Notes under the pieces: generated by a model
What the model was told of the DNA's origin: nothing
The model's database searches: none
What the model saw: the letters and a program-made list of their open reading frames with translations, nothing else
Shown here: piece by piece, positions 42,501 through 51,525 of the stretch
Position numbering within the stretch: position 1 is the stretch's first letter
Layout of the letters: each line of letters opens with the position of its first letter
Made by a program: the position numbers and the translations under genes
IMG/VR virus record: IMGVR_UViG_3300005913_000002
Length of the DNA stretch: 64,000 nucleotides
Direction: 5' to 3' (one strand)
Source of the DNA: a virus

Positions 42501-42942
42501 ATTACCACAGAGTTTACGTGATGTAATGGCCAGTGTTAAAGTTAACCCGATTGCAACTATTCCAGGCGCAGGTCTAGTTAACTTTGGTCAATACACTCGT
42601 GCTAGAAATGCAAGTGCATTAGATAGAATTAATGTTGTGCGTTTAGTAGCATATTTACGTAGACAGTTAAGCCTATTAGTTAAGCCGTTCTTGTTTGAAC
42701 CTAACGATAGAATTACTCGTAACGAGATTAAACAAGCAACAGAAAGTTTCCTATTAGAATTAGTAGGACAAAGAGCGTTATACGACTTCTTGGTAGTATG
42801 TGACGAAAGTAACAACACACCTACAAGAGTTGACCGTTCTGAACTATGGTTAGACATTGCTATTGAACCAGTTAAGGCAGTGGAATTTATTTACATTCCA
42901 TTGCGCATTAAAAATACTGGCGACATTGCAGCCGGACTATAA
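39562..42942 (+). CDS. Contractile tail sheath protein (T4 gp18-like) with large insertions
   Basis: LNSPGVEVSVIDES N-terminus; WFAPAG..RG, VNPI, RINVVRL, FEPND, DESNNTP, IEPVKAVEFIYI C-terminus. ATG at 39562 follows GGGAG. Confidence 0.95.
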   Translation: MALNSPGVEVSVIDESFYLPAAPSTVPMIFVASAANKQNASGTGLAVGTDPANAGKVYLITSQRDLSDTFGTPLFYTDSSGNPVHGGELNEYGLQAAYSVLGVSSRAYVTRADLDLSQLTPQASAPTGSPVDGTYWVDTSNTRFGVFEWNGTSAAFTNKMPLVIDNDNAATATVSGAGVTPKASFGSNGQYAIVVTSDNTNTLWYKNSSGNWVAVGTDFETNFNNTDTFASSSWKTSFPTTTGTVSSPDLTGYNGNTLLINGEVVTLSGTTISALASSINATMRTKGVGARINAGGFIELYSDARARSNGTVLDGKITIAEGTGLVDMITDAGLAEGTFNSPTLFQGPHTKYPDFSNFPTGSVYVKTTTPNTGADWYVKTYDNGSSAFTLMSAPIYTDPQTAINNINATGDITVGSVFVQQNYQGGVGTASTSTVTPQLASYKIWRRNATGATKISSVATTDTVTTASSFVIAEGLATSTNGVADYSSAYTVSLTAGDSVDDVISAINALNMTYVTASAASYDSSGNATSLTIQHSLGGQMILTNGLGSPLTAFLGMSAWARSEAGVESGTRNLYAKPVYSSSAYSFFASNWKPLVYESKASTPFTDPVDGQLWYSSVVDEVDVMAHNGSTWVGYLNAYPLTDPAGPQVAALAPTTQSNGDPLVDNDIWISTSEIDMYGLDVYVRSGGKWVLQDTADQTTPDGWLFADARWSTAGATADAGDIVEMLSSDYLDPDAPDPSLYPTGMKLWNLRRSGFNVKKFVANHININATDGKNSRYNDEQMDGGSSTTPYVADRWITVSPNREDGAGSFGRHAQRGFVVSGLKVLIDTSQSIRDTDTVVFNLIAAPGYPEAIQNMIAFNVDRGQTAFIIGDTPFRLEPNGTSLSNWGNNTALAFDNNEDGAVSYDEYMAMFYPSGYANDNLGNYIVVPPSHMMLRTIAISDQKSFQWFAPAGTRRGGIDNATAVGYIDGTTGEFKTTSLPQSLRDVMASVKVNPIATIPGAGLVNFGQYTRARNASALDRINVVRLVAYLRRQLSLLVKPFLFEPNDRITRNEIKQATESFLLELVGQRALYDFLVVCDESNNTPTRVDRSELWLDIAIEPVKAVEFIYIPLRIKNTGDIAAGL

Positions 42943-42946
42943 TTGG

Positions 42947-42952
42947 TAAATA
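42947..42952 (+). promoter_or_regulatory. Late promoter TAAATA
   Basis: Upstream of the tube gene, followed by AAGGAG RBS. Confidence 0.65.
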
Positions 42953-42973
42953 TAAGGAACAAGGAGCAATAAT

Positions 42974-43621
42974 ATGGCAATTGGAAGTTTAAGCAGAATG
43001 GGAGTACCGTTACCTGGCGGTGGTCAAAGTAGCACAAGTCAGGGTTTACTAATGCCTAAACTGAAGTATCGCTTCAGAGTTACATTAGAGAACTTTGGTG
43101 TAACTAAACCTACAACTGAATTAACAAAGCAGGTGGTAACAGCGGCTCGCCCGTCGGTGCAGTTTGAGAACCAAATAATCCATGTGTACAACAGTCAAAT
43201 TAAATACGCTGGCAAGCACACATGGCAACCAATGAATATCACTGTGCGTGATGATGTTGGCGGTAATGTGACTAAACTTGTTGGTGAACAACTACAGAAA
43301 CAGTTTGATTTCTACGAGCAAGCAAGTGCTGCTTCTGGATCTGACTACAAGTTCTTATCACGTATTGAAATGTTAGACGGCGGTAACGGTGATGGCGGAT
43401 GGGCACCCAATGTTTTAGAAACATGGGAATGCTACGGATGTTATTTACAAAACGTTAATTACAACGAATTAGCATATGCAGAAAGCGCACCAATGGAAAT
43501 TGCATTAACTATCGAATTTGATAACGCAATTCAAGTTGGCGCAAGCGGAGCACCACTGGGCGTAGGAGCCACAATAGGAAGAACTATTTCTTCTCTAGCA
43601 ACAGGCGCCGGCACTGTTTAA
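42974..43621 (+). CDS. Tail tube protein (T4 gp19-like)
   Basis: Follows the sheath gene; PKLKYRFRV, YAGKHTW, W...GC......Y.EL.Y, I.LTI.FD. Confidence 0.9.
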   Translation: MAIGSLSRMGVPLPGGGQSSTSQGLLMPKLKYRFRVTLENFGVTKPTTELTKQVVTAARPSVQFENQIIHVYNSQIKYAGKHTWQPMNITVRDDVGGNVTKLVGEQLQKQFDFYEQASAASGSDYKFLSRIEMLDGGNGDGGWAPNVLETWECYGCYLQNVNYNELAYAESAPMEIALTIEFDNAIQVGASGAPLGVGATIGRTISSLATGAGTV

Positions 43622-43635
43622 TAACTAACGCTAAT

Positions 43636-43663
43636 AAAAAGCACCCCTTAGGGGTGCTTTTTT
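43636..43663 (+). terminator. Rho-independent terminator (possibly bidirectional)
   Basis: AAAAAGCACCCC-TTA-GGGGTGCTTTTTT. Confidence 0.9.
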
Positions 43664-43679
43664 ACGGCTAAATAATAAT

Positions 43680-45359
43680 ATGGCTAATGCATTTACTAAT
43701 TTTTTAGGGCAGGTGTTTGATTCACCGACACAATTAAAAGACTACGCACACGCTAGTCGATTGTACGTTGACGACTTTTATCGCCTTGCTCCTAAACAAG
43801 GATTCATGTATTATGTTATTTTTAATATTGAATCAAACGGTAACCAAATAGTAACTGAATTCAAAGTTAAAAACGGGCAAGACGTTGGGTTGTTAGTAAA
43901 AAACATTGACCTTCCTAAATTTAAGATTAACACCGAAACTGTAAATCAATATAATCGTAAAACACAAATACAAACAAAAATAGATTATCAGCCAGTGTCT
44001 ATAGTATTTCATGACGATCATAATAATACAACTAATAGTCTATGGAAAGCATATTTTAACTATTATTTCAAAGACGGACAGAATGTTAATGGGTTAACTA
44101 CTCCTCCTAGTTTCGGAGACACAAAATATAAAAAAAGCAATAACTCTATAGGTGAAACAACTTCTTATGGTTTAAATGCCGGCCAAACAAAACCGTTCTT
44201 TTCATCAATCGAAATTTATCAACTTAATAGAAAACAATTTACGGCATATAAATTAATTAATCCATTAATTAGCGATTGGCAACATGATAAAATGGATCAG
44301 ACACAAAGTAAACTTTTGGAAAATAGAATGTCAGTAGTTTACGAAACAGTTATATACGCTACAGGGCAGGTCAAAATAGGTGATCCCGGAGGATTTGCAG
44401 AAATACACTATGATACAGTTCCAGGGCCGTTAAGTGTATTCGGTAGCGGAAATAACAGTCTATTTGGGCCTGGTGGGGTTATTCCGGGTATAGGGGAAGT
44501 GCTTGGCGGCGCCGGAGATGCAAGTCCTTTCGGACTTTTGAAAACAGCAAGAGGCGCAACAAACCTATTAGGCAATCTTAAGAATGTATCAAAATCTAGC
44601 ATATTATCAGAAGGGTTAGGTATGTTAAATGATGTTGCTCGAACTGGAAAATTACCAGCAGCATTAGGCGGGTCAAGTCCTGCCGGAGTAGCACTCTCCT
44701 CATTGCCAGGAGAATCTCCAACTAAAGCAATTCCTAAAAACACTCAGGGAGGTAGTAATGTATCTAATGCAGGTCTTGCAAACAACGGACTAAGTCAATT
44801 CGGCGGCACATTAGGAAAAGTTGCCGGCGACATTAGTAACGGCATTAAGAGTATAGGCAACGGTATAGGCAATGTAATTAAAAAAATAATTCCAGCACAG
44901 AATAAGCCAGTTGTGGCTAGTGCGTTACCTACTGACTCAGTATCGTTGACTGCTATAAAATCTCAACAACAGAGTATTGCAGTTGAAATCGAAAATCAAA
45001 TTGCAGAAAATACAATTATTAAAAATCAAATAATGCCAAAAATTCAATCAGCAACATCTGAAGGCGACCAAGATACAGTTGATGAATTATACAGTCAACT
45101 TGACGCAGTAGGTTATACAGATCCTGCAAAATTGCAGCAAAATTTAGTTATAGTTAATCAAAATATCAGCACGATTGACATTGCAATTGTTGATGCATCA
45201 GCAACAGAAAATCCTAATAATCAATTATCTGCAGAAAATGTAGATTTAGGAACTAGTCCTGACAATTATTATAATGTAGGAGGCAATCCTGATTTAAATA
45301 CAGAACCGAGTAGAGTATACAACAACGGCAAAGATACAACAACTTCATATTATGTATAA
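43680..45359 (+). CDS. Tube-fold baseplate/tube-initiator-like protein with Gly-rich and coiled C-terminus
   Basis: VKNIDLPKF......NQYNRK......Y.PV.I.FHDD...W..Y resembles the tube/gp54 fold; adjacent to the tube gene. Confidence 0.55.
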   Translation: MANAFTNFLGQVFDSPTQLKDYAHASRLYVDDFYRLAPKQGFMYYVIFNIESNGNQIVTEFKVKNGQDVGLLVKNIDLPKFKINTETVNQYNRKTQIQTKIDYQPVSIVFHDDHNNTTNSLWKAYFNYYFKDGQNVNGLTTPPSFGDTKYKKSNNSIGETTSYGLNAGQTKPFFSSIEIYQLNRKQFTAYKLINPLISDWQHDKMDQTQSKLLENRMSVVYETVIYATGQVKIGDPGGFAEIHYDTVPGPLSVFGSGNNSLFGPGGVIPGIGEVLGGAGDASPFGLLKTARGATNLLGNLKNVSKSSILSEGLGMLNDVARTGKLPAALGGSSPAGVALSSLPGESPTKAIPKNTQGGSNVSNAGLANNGLSQFGGTLGKVAGDISNGIKSIGNGIGNVIKKIIPAQNKPVVASALPTDSVSLTAIKSQQQSIAVEIENQIAENTIIKNQIMPKIQSATSEGDQDTVDELYSQLDAVGYTDPAKLQQNLVIVNQNISTIDIAIVDASATENPNNQLSAENVDLGTSPDNYYNVGGNPDLNTEPSRVYNNGKDTTTSYYV

Positions 45360-45723
45360 TAATTTACCAGCACCTAACAAATCAGGGTCTTCTAGCGACG
45401 CTACACTAAAAAGTTTTCAATATTATAATGATGTTCCGATTGAATTAAATCAAAACACATTAACTGCTATGATAGGATTTTTAGAATCTAGAAACTTTAC
45501 TACAGAAAGTGCAGAAGTAATTGCACTCACTATAATGGTTCAAGCGACTCGTGAAAAATATAACCCTATGTCCTTGATCGAATCAATGAAAACATTAAAC
45601 GAAACTGAACTAAGTACAATCGTAGCCGAAGTTTTAAATTTTAATAGATTTAAATCAAGTTTTTTAGGTTCAAAACAGGCAGTGGCACCTGTCGATAATG
45701 TTAGAAGAAATATTTTACCTTAA
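45352..45723 (+). CDS. Hypothetical protein
   Basis: 123-aa ORF translationally coupled to both neighbours. Confidence 0.6.
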   Translation: MYNNLPAPNKSGSSSDATLKSFQYYNDVPIELNQNTLTAMIGFLESRNFTTESAEVIALTIMVQATREKYNPMSLIESMKTLNETELSTIVAEVLNFNRFKSSFLGSKQAVAPVDNVRRNILP

Positions 45724-46163
45724 TGAGAAATACTGCCAAAGGAAGATATCAAATTAAAAACCCTGAAAAGTATAGAGGGGCATCGGATCCAATCTATAGA
45801 TCAAGTTGGGAACTTACTTTTATGATGTTCTGCGATAACAATCCTTCAGTAGTAGAATGGGCAAGCGAAGGGGTCAAAATACCTTACAGAGATCCGTTAA
45901 CTGGAAGAAATACTGTCTATGTTCCAGATTTTTTAATTGTATATCTTGATAAAAATCAGCGAAAACATGCAGAATTAATTGAAATAAAACCAATTAATCA
46001 AACTGTTAAAGAAGCCGTAGGCAAAAATCCAATGAATCAAGCACAGTACGTTAAAAACATGGCAAAATGGGAAGCAGCAAATGCTTGGTGTAAACGATAC
46101 GGAATGAAATTTCGTGTTGTAAGCGAAAATGATATTTTTCACAATCCGAATAAGAGACGATAA
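45723..46163 (+). CDS. Head completion nuclease (T4 gp4-like, TnsA-like PD-(D/E)xK)
   Basis: KNPEKY.G....I.YRSSWE..FM..CD.NP....W.SE...IPY...Y.PDF...IEIKP...N.AKW.AA. Confidence 0.9.
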   Translation: MRNTAKGRYQIKNPEKYRGASDPIYRSSWELTFMMFCDNNPSVVEWASEGVKIPYRDPLTGRNTVYVPDFLIVYLDKNQRKHAELIEIKPINQTVKEAVGKNPMNQAQYVKNMAKWEAANAWCKRYGMKFRVVSENDIFHNPNKRR

Positions 46164-46171
46164 GTAATATT

Positions 46172-46654
46172 ATGACCAAGAAATTAGAAGAACTTTTTAA
46201 TTTATTAGAATCTGAAACAATAGATCCTGTAGAGTCTGCTGATCAAACTCCGATTGAACCTCCTGTGTTATCTTTACAGGAAAAATTAGAAGAATTTGAT
46301 AAAATATCAGCAGCGTTGCCTAGAGTTAAAGGGCTAGGAGATATAAGTGACTCTGAATTAGATGCACTGGCTAACAAAGCAGAAAAAGCCTATGACGATC
46401 TAATGGATTTAGGTATGAATGTCGAAGCACGCTATGGATCTAGAATGTTTGAAGTAGCAGGTAACATGTTAGGACAAGCAATTGCCGCAAAATCTGCTAA
46501 AATCGATAAAAAATTAAAAATGGTCGAACTGCAACTTAAAAAATATGCAGTTGACAAGAAAAATGGTGATACAACACCGACCGAAATTCACGCTCAAGAT
46601 GCGATTGTTATGGATCGTAATAGTCTACTTGAAAAATTAAAGAACTTGAAATAA
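46172..46654 (+). CDS. Probable terminase small subunit (gp16-like)
   Basis: Helical, with RMFEVAGNML resembling the gp16 R..EV...L motif; close to the large terminase gene. Confidence 0.5.
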   Translation: MTKKLEELFNLLESETIDPVESADQTPIEPPVLSLQEKLEEFDKISAALPRVKGLGDISDSELDALANKAEKAYDDLMDLGMNVEARYGSRMFEVAGNMLGQAIAAKSAKIDKKLKMVELQLKKYAVDKKNGDTTPTEIHAQDAIVMDRNSLLEKLKNLK

Positions 46655-46675
46655 ATACAGCATAGGAACATCGTC

Positions 46676-47191
46676 ATGAGATCATTTAAAGAATATCTAA
46701 CAGAATCAGTTAAAAAGTACAACTTTAAAATTAAAGTTGCACACGAATGCAACACTGCATCAGAGGCAAAGTTAAAAGGCTTACTTGAGCGGTTTAGTGT
46801 ATCAGAATTTAAAAAATTAGGTAAGACACCAATTCAAGAACTTCCATTGGATTTTCCTACTTTAAGAAATCAAGAAGTGCATATTTACGAAGTGTCGTTA
46901 GGTTATCCAACTACTCCCCAAGAACTAACAGAATATATAAGTTCTAACATGGGTATAAGCGCACAGCGTTTAGTAGTTAGAAATCCAGGAGAGCCGGGTG
47001 AGGAATACCAAACACCTGTAGAAAAAAGAGAAGGTGCTCTGTTAGATGATAGTGAATATAAAGAATCTACTAATGCTAATCATGACGATTACTACGGTGA
47101 AGCCTACAATACTAAATTCTTAAAAGGAATTAGTGACGAATTAAAACAGCAGCGCAAGGCTCGCGGGGAACAAATCCCTTCAGGAGAATAA
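46676..47191 (+). CDS. Hypothetical protein, probable internal head protein
   Basis: N-terminus MRSFKEYLTE resembles the T4 capsid-targeting sequence; TAAATA at 46652. Confidence 0.55.
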   Translation: MRSFKEYLTESVKKYNFKIKVAHECNTASEAKLKGLLERFSVSEFKKLGKTPIQELPLDFPTLRNQEVHIYEVSLGYPTTPQELTEYISSNMGISAQRLVVRNPGEPGEEYQTPVEKREGALLDDSEYKESTNANHDDYYGEAYNTKFLKGISDELKQQRKARGEQIPSGE

Positions 47192-47202
47192 GGAAAAATA
47201 TT

Positions 47203-48309
47203 ATGCAAATGATTAACGTATTAAAAAGACTAGCAGAATTGGATGCAAAGAATCCAAACATTGCAAAACCAGTTCTAAGGGCCGACAAGTCTTTAGCAGA
47301 AATATCTGAAACTCCAAAAATTGTTTCTGAAGGCGTTCGACTGCCTAATATTTCAGAACCTGATTTAGCAGGATTACGAACACTAGCAGGTACTCGACAA
47401 TTAAATGAATCAACTGTTGCAGAATACGGTATGGGAATGCCTATGGCACCTGCAGTACCGCAAATGCCTGCAACTATTAATATGAGCGCAGGCAGTGCTA
47501 ACGAAATTGTTAGTATGTTTAGAGGCATTATGGATCTTGCAAAAAGTGACGGCATTCCTACACAAGCAGCGTATCCTGGAATGGGCGCACCAATGCCGAG
47601 CCTAACACCTCCAATGGGCGGCATGGAAGAGCCTGCTGATCCAGTTGGGTTAGATCGTGACGGAGACGGCGACCATGATATAGGAGATCATAGCATGGAA
47701 CCTATTGACGATACAGGCGGCGATGAATTAGCAGACATGATGAAAAAATTACAAACTGGTGAGCCAGTTAAGATTAAAACAGACATGCCTGTTAAAGTAA
47801 GTACAGACGATGATGTTACGGCTACTACTGATAAAGAAGTCACATCAACTGATGATAACATGAACAAAAAAGAAGAAGGTAATGCATTTAGCGGTGCTTT
47901 GGCACAAGCAAAAGCCGGTGGCGAGGATGATTTTAAAGTTGGCGACAAAAAGTTTGATGTTGAAAGTTATGCAAACAGCCCTGAAGAAAAAACAAAAGGA
48001 TATAATCCAAACGATTTTGCTAATATCATTAACAAAGTACGATCAGCCGATTTAGAAACAACTCCATACGGTAGTGCATCAAATCCAATGCCCAACGCCA
48101 CGGATGAAGAAGAAAGAATGGGTGAAAGTGTTGAAGATCGATTAATGGCCGAATACAAAGCATTTATGGCAGAAGGCGAAAAGACTATGAGTCGTGCAGC
48201 CAAAGGCATGATGAAGTATGGTAAAAAAGGCATGAAAGAATTAGCCGATGCTGGTAAAAAAGGTAAAGACCTTGAACCGATTAGAGCCAAGTATAACAAG
48301 TACGATTAA
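47203..48309 (+). CDS. Acidic low-complexity protein, probable prohead core/internal protein
   Basis: LKRLA and LRTLAG motifs, several hydrophobic-x-E sites, AAGGA RBS. Confidence 0.55.
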   Translation: MQMINVLKRLAELDAKNPNIAKPVLRADKSLAEISETPKIVSEGVRLPNISEPDLAGLRTLAGTRQLNESTVAEYGMGMPMAPAVPQMPATINMSAGSANEIVSMFRGIMDLAKSDGIPTQAAYPGMGAPMPSLTPPMGGMEEPADPVGLDRDGDGDHDIGDHSMEPIDDTGGDELADMMKKLQTGEPVKIKTDMPVKVSTDDDVTATTDKEVTSTDDNMNKKEEGNAFSGALAQAKAGGEDDFKVGDKKFDVESYANSPEEKTKGYNPNDFANIINKVRSADLETTPYGSASNPMPNATDEEERMGESVEDRLMAEYKAFMAEGEKTMSRAAKGMMKYGKKGMKELADAGKKGKDLEPIRAKYNKYD

Positions 48310-48324
48310 TAAAATGGTTTAACC

Positions 48325-48352
48325 AAATAGGCTCTTCGGAGCCTATTTTTTT
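48325..48352 (+). terminator. Rho-independent terminator with cUUCGg tetraloop
   Basis: AAATAGGCTC-TTCG-GAGCCTATTTTTTT. Confidence 0.9.
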
Positions 48353-48366
48353 CATTAAATAATAGC

Positions 48367-49950
48367 ATGGCTACAAAAAACTTAGAAAGCAAACTGATTA
48401 AATCAGCGCATATTACCCAGAGATTTTCTGAGGATGATATTGCAAATTTAATAAAGTGTCAAGACCCTAAAACAGGTGCTGCACATTTTCTTAGAAACTA
48501 TTTTTATATTCAACATCCTACTAAAGGTAAAATTCAATATCAAGCATTTGATTATCAAGATGACCTTTTACAAAGTTATAACGATCACCGATTTAGTGTG
48601 AATATGTTAGGACGCCAAATGGGCAAAACTACTACTGCTGTTGGATACTTACTTTGGTACGGAATGTTTGTTCCAGATAGTACTATTTTAATTAGTGCGC
48701 ACAAATATACAGGTGCTCAAGAAATTATGCAACGATTGCGATATGCATACGAAACTTGTCCCGATTGGATTAGAGCAGGAGTTACAAGTTATAACAAACA
48801 GAGTATTGAATTCGACAACGGTAGTCGTATTGTTGCACAAACTACAACAGAAACTACCGGTCGAGGTATGTCTGTATCGTTACTATACTGCGATGAGTTT
48901 GCGTTTGTCGAACCTAACATAGCCACAGAATTCTGGACTTCAATTTCGCCTACTCTTGCAACTGGCGGTAAGGCAATTATCACTTCTACTCCTAACTCAG
49001 ACGAAGATCAATTTGCCAGCATTTGGAAAGAAGCCAACAAGAGATTTGACGAATTTGGGAACGACACTGCGTTAGGTAAAAACGGTTTCAGTCCTTTTAA
49101 AGCAGTATGGAGCCAGCATCCTGACAGAGACAAAAAGTGGGCAGATGAAGAAAAAAGTCGAGTAGGCGAAGAAAGATTTCGACGAGAGCATGAATGTGAA
49201 TTTATTATCTTTGATGAAACACTAATTAACAGCCTTAAATTAGCCACTATGGAGGGCAAAGAGCCGGTTGTTAAAATGGGGCAAGTCCGCTGGTATAAAA
49301 AAATTAATCCTCAAGCAATTTATACGGTTGCACTAGATCCTAGTTTAGGCACAGGTGGCGACCCAGCCGCCATACAAATTGTCGAATTGCCTGCATTAGA
49401 ACAAGTAGGAGAGTGGAGCCACAATACTACTCCCATTCAACAGCAAGTTAGGATACTTCGAGATATTTGCAAATACATTGAACAACATTGTGGCAGCGGA
49501 AGATCATTAGGTCAAATTTACTATTCTGTAGAAAATAATGCAGTTGGGGAAGCCGCGATTGTTGCAATTAATGAGATGGGGGAAGATACTGTTCCGGGCA
49601 TGTTCCTAAGCGAACCTATTAAGAAAGGACATGTTAGGCGTTTCCGTAGAGGTTTTAACACTACTAACGTATCTAAAATATCTGCATGTGCTAAGTTTAA
49701 ACAACTTATTGAAACTGACAAACTTACTGTTCACAGCAAAGCATTAATTAGCGAAATGAAAACATATGTGGCAAAAGGCGCTAGTTTCGAAGGCAAAACT
49801 AACGAAACAGACGACCTAGTGTCTGCTATGTTATTGTCAACCAGAATGTTGGTTATGCTAGGAGATTGGGATACAACAGTATACGACAAAATAATGGAAG
49901 ATCGTGCAATGGAAGATATGGACCTTCCGCTGCCTATTTACATCAGTTAA
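48367..49950 (+). CDS. terL: Terminase large subunit (T4 gp17-like)
   Basis: Walker A RQMGKTT, Walker B LLYCDEFAF, TSTPN, nuclease ALDPSLGTGGD and DDLV. Confidence 0.95.
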   Translation: MATKNLESKLIKSAHITQRFSEDDIANLIKCQDPKTGAAHFLRNYFYIQHPTKGKIQYQAFDYQDDLLQSYNDHRFSVNMLGRQMGKTTTAVGYLLWYGMFVPDSTILISAHKYTGAQEIMQRLRYAYETCPDWIRAGVTSYNKQSIEFDNGSRIVAQTTTETTGRGMSVSLLYCDEFAFVEPNIATEFWTSISPTLATGGKAIITSTPNSDEDQFASIWKEANKRFDEFGNDTALGKNGFSPFKAVWSQHPDRDKKWADEEKSRVGEERFRREHECEFIIFDETLINSLKLATMEGKEPVVKMGQVRWYKKINPQAIYTVALDPSLGTGGDPAAIQIVELPALEQVGEWSHNTTPIQQQVRILRDICKYIEQHCGSGRSLGQIYYSVENNAVGEAAIVAINEMGEDTVPGMFLSEPIKKGHVRRFRRGFNTTNVSKISACAKFKQLIETDKLTVHSKALISEMKTYVAKGASFEGKTNETDDLVSAMLLSTRMLVMLGDWDTTVYDKIMEDRAMEDMDLPLPIYIS

Positions 49951-49966
49951 ACGCATAAATAGACTT

Positions 49967-51391
49967 ATGAATATCATTGAAATAATTGCTCAAGACGTTT
50001 TTGACAAAGTTCGTAGTAGATTCTCTAATTTAGAGATGGGAGACGAATCAGGTGCAGTGACAAGCGCTCCTAAAGACGCAAGATTCTTTGACTTTGATTT
50101 TACTGTAGAAGGTAATAATCTAGGTCGTGTTAGTGTTTCTCTAAATGAATTAGGATCACTAAAAATATTCTACGGATACGATCTTGTAGAAGATGCAGAT
50201 GCTATTTCTATGAGTATGTGGTATGATTTTTTAAAAGAAATGAGATTTTTTGCCAAACGTAGAATGTTAAGATTTGATACTAGAGATATTGCCAAAGGCA
50301 ATCTTAACAAAAATGATTTTCAATATCTAGCACAAAATGGAACAAAGGAAAATAATATGAATGAGTCTAACGGAATGTATGGAGGTCCAAAGACCAGTTT
50401 CCGTAAATTAGAAAATACATTACTTCGAGTACGTCACTCTAAAACAGTTGATGAAAATCAACGAGGCGCAAGAAGTAGAAATATCAATGCATTGTTTATT
50501 GAAAATGAAGCAGGCGAACGTTTTAAATATCCGTTTGTGCATTTAGCAGGTGCTAAAGCAATGCAACGACATGTTGCAAATGGTGGCCGACCGTACGATG
50601 ATGTAGGTAATTCAATAATTGGAATGAGTGAACAAATTGCCCAATTAACTGCATTTAAACGCCATGTTGGAAATCATGACGGTATGAACGAAGAAGTAAA
50701 TGAAATTTTAGAGCGTAGTCAACTAAAACTTAACAATCTTCGTAAAACAGTCGAAGGAATTTCAAAACAAGGTTTTTATCAACAATGGGTCGAAACAATC
50801 AATCCTGCTAATGATGAAGGATTTGTAATGGACCAAGCAACAATGGAAGATTACAAAAGTAAATTTACCGTTAAAAACTTTAAAGAAGACTTGACGCAGT
50901 ATTTTCCTTTGATCCACAGCATTATGCAAGAAACAGGCGAAGTTGATTTAGAAGCATATGTTGCACATGTAGAAGAAGTTCAAGAATCTGAAGAAGATGA
51001 AATTCAACAAGTTGATGAGTTTTCTCAATTTGAAAATTGGGCAGACGACCTTACTGATCGTGATGCCGAAGATGAGGATAGTGAAGTAGTAGACGAAGCA
51101 CCATATGATGAACAAGAAGGAATGGAAAACAAAGAGCCTACTCCAGAAAGACCAAATATGCGTGAAGTAGCAGAAGTGGTAAAATCATTTTACGATGCTT
51201 CTACTGGCAAGTTTCCAAAAGGTGAAACAGGAGTTATTACTCATATTAAAAAGCAGTTCGGCGATCACGCCGCAGCAGTAGCAGAACAGTTTGTTGGGCA
51301 GTTGTCGCAAAAAGGACAAGCACTTGAGCAACAACAAATGGATGCTCAACAATTTGAAGAAATCAAACGGTTAGCAGGCTTGGCAAAATAA
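49967..51391 (+). CDS. Hypothetical protein, probably head-associated, with acidic C-terminus
   Basis: Start moved to the ATG at 49967 after CATAAATA; ends in IKRLAGL. Confidence 0.6.
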   Translation: MNIIEIIAQDVFDKVRSRFSNLEMGDESGAVTSAPKDARFFDFDFTVEGNNLGRVSVSLNELGSLKIFYGYDLVEDADAISMSMWYDFLKEMRFFAKRRMLRFDTRDIAKGNLNKNDFQYLAQNGTKENNMNESNGMYGGPKTSFRKLENTLLRVRHSKTVDENQRGARSRNINALFIENEAGERFKYPFVHLAGAKAMQRHVANGGRPYDDVGNSIIGMSEQIAQLTAFKRHVGNHDGMNEEVNEILERSQLKLNNLRKTVEGISKQGFYQQWVETINPANDEGFVMDQATMEDYKSKFTVKNFKEDLTQYFPLIHSIMQETGEVDLEAYVAHVEEVQESEEDEIQQVDEFSQFENWADDLTDRDAEDEDSEVVDEAPYDEQEGMENKEPTPERPNMREVAEVVKSFYDASTGKFPKGETGVITHIKKQFGDHAAAVAEQFVGQLSQKGQALEQQQMDAQQFEEIKRLAGLAK

Positions 51392-51416
51392 AAATCATTT
51401 TTTGCAATCAATTAGG

Positions 51417-51445
51417 TTGCAACGATAAATAAAACTGTGTATACT
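51417..51445 (+). promoter_or_regulatory. Sigma70-type promoter for the gp32-uvsX operon, with a nested TAAATA
   Basis: TTGCAA (51417)-17 nt-TATACT (51440); TAAATA at 51426. Confidence 0.7.
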
Positions 51446-51470
51446 TAATGTATGCACAGTTTTTCTTTTT
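51431..51470 (+). terminator. Hairpin: terminator or operator
   Basis: AAAACTGTGTATAC-TTAAT-GTATGCACAGTTTT plus a T-rich tail. Confidence 0.55.
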
Positions 51471-51525
51471 AGTCAGTTGGCTTTAAAGAAGCGGCATAAT
51501 ATAAAACATTTTAAGGAAAATCATT

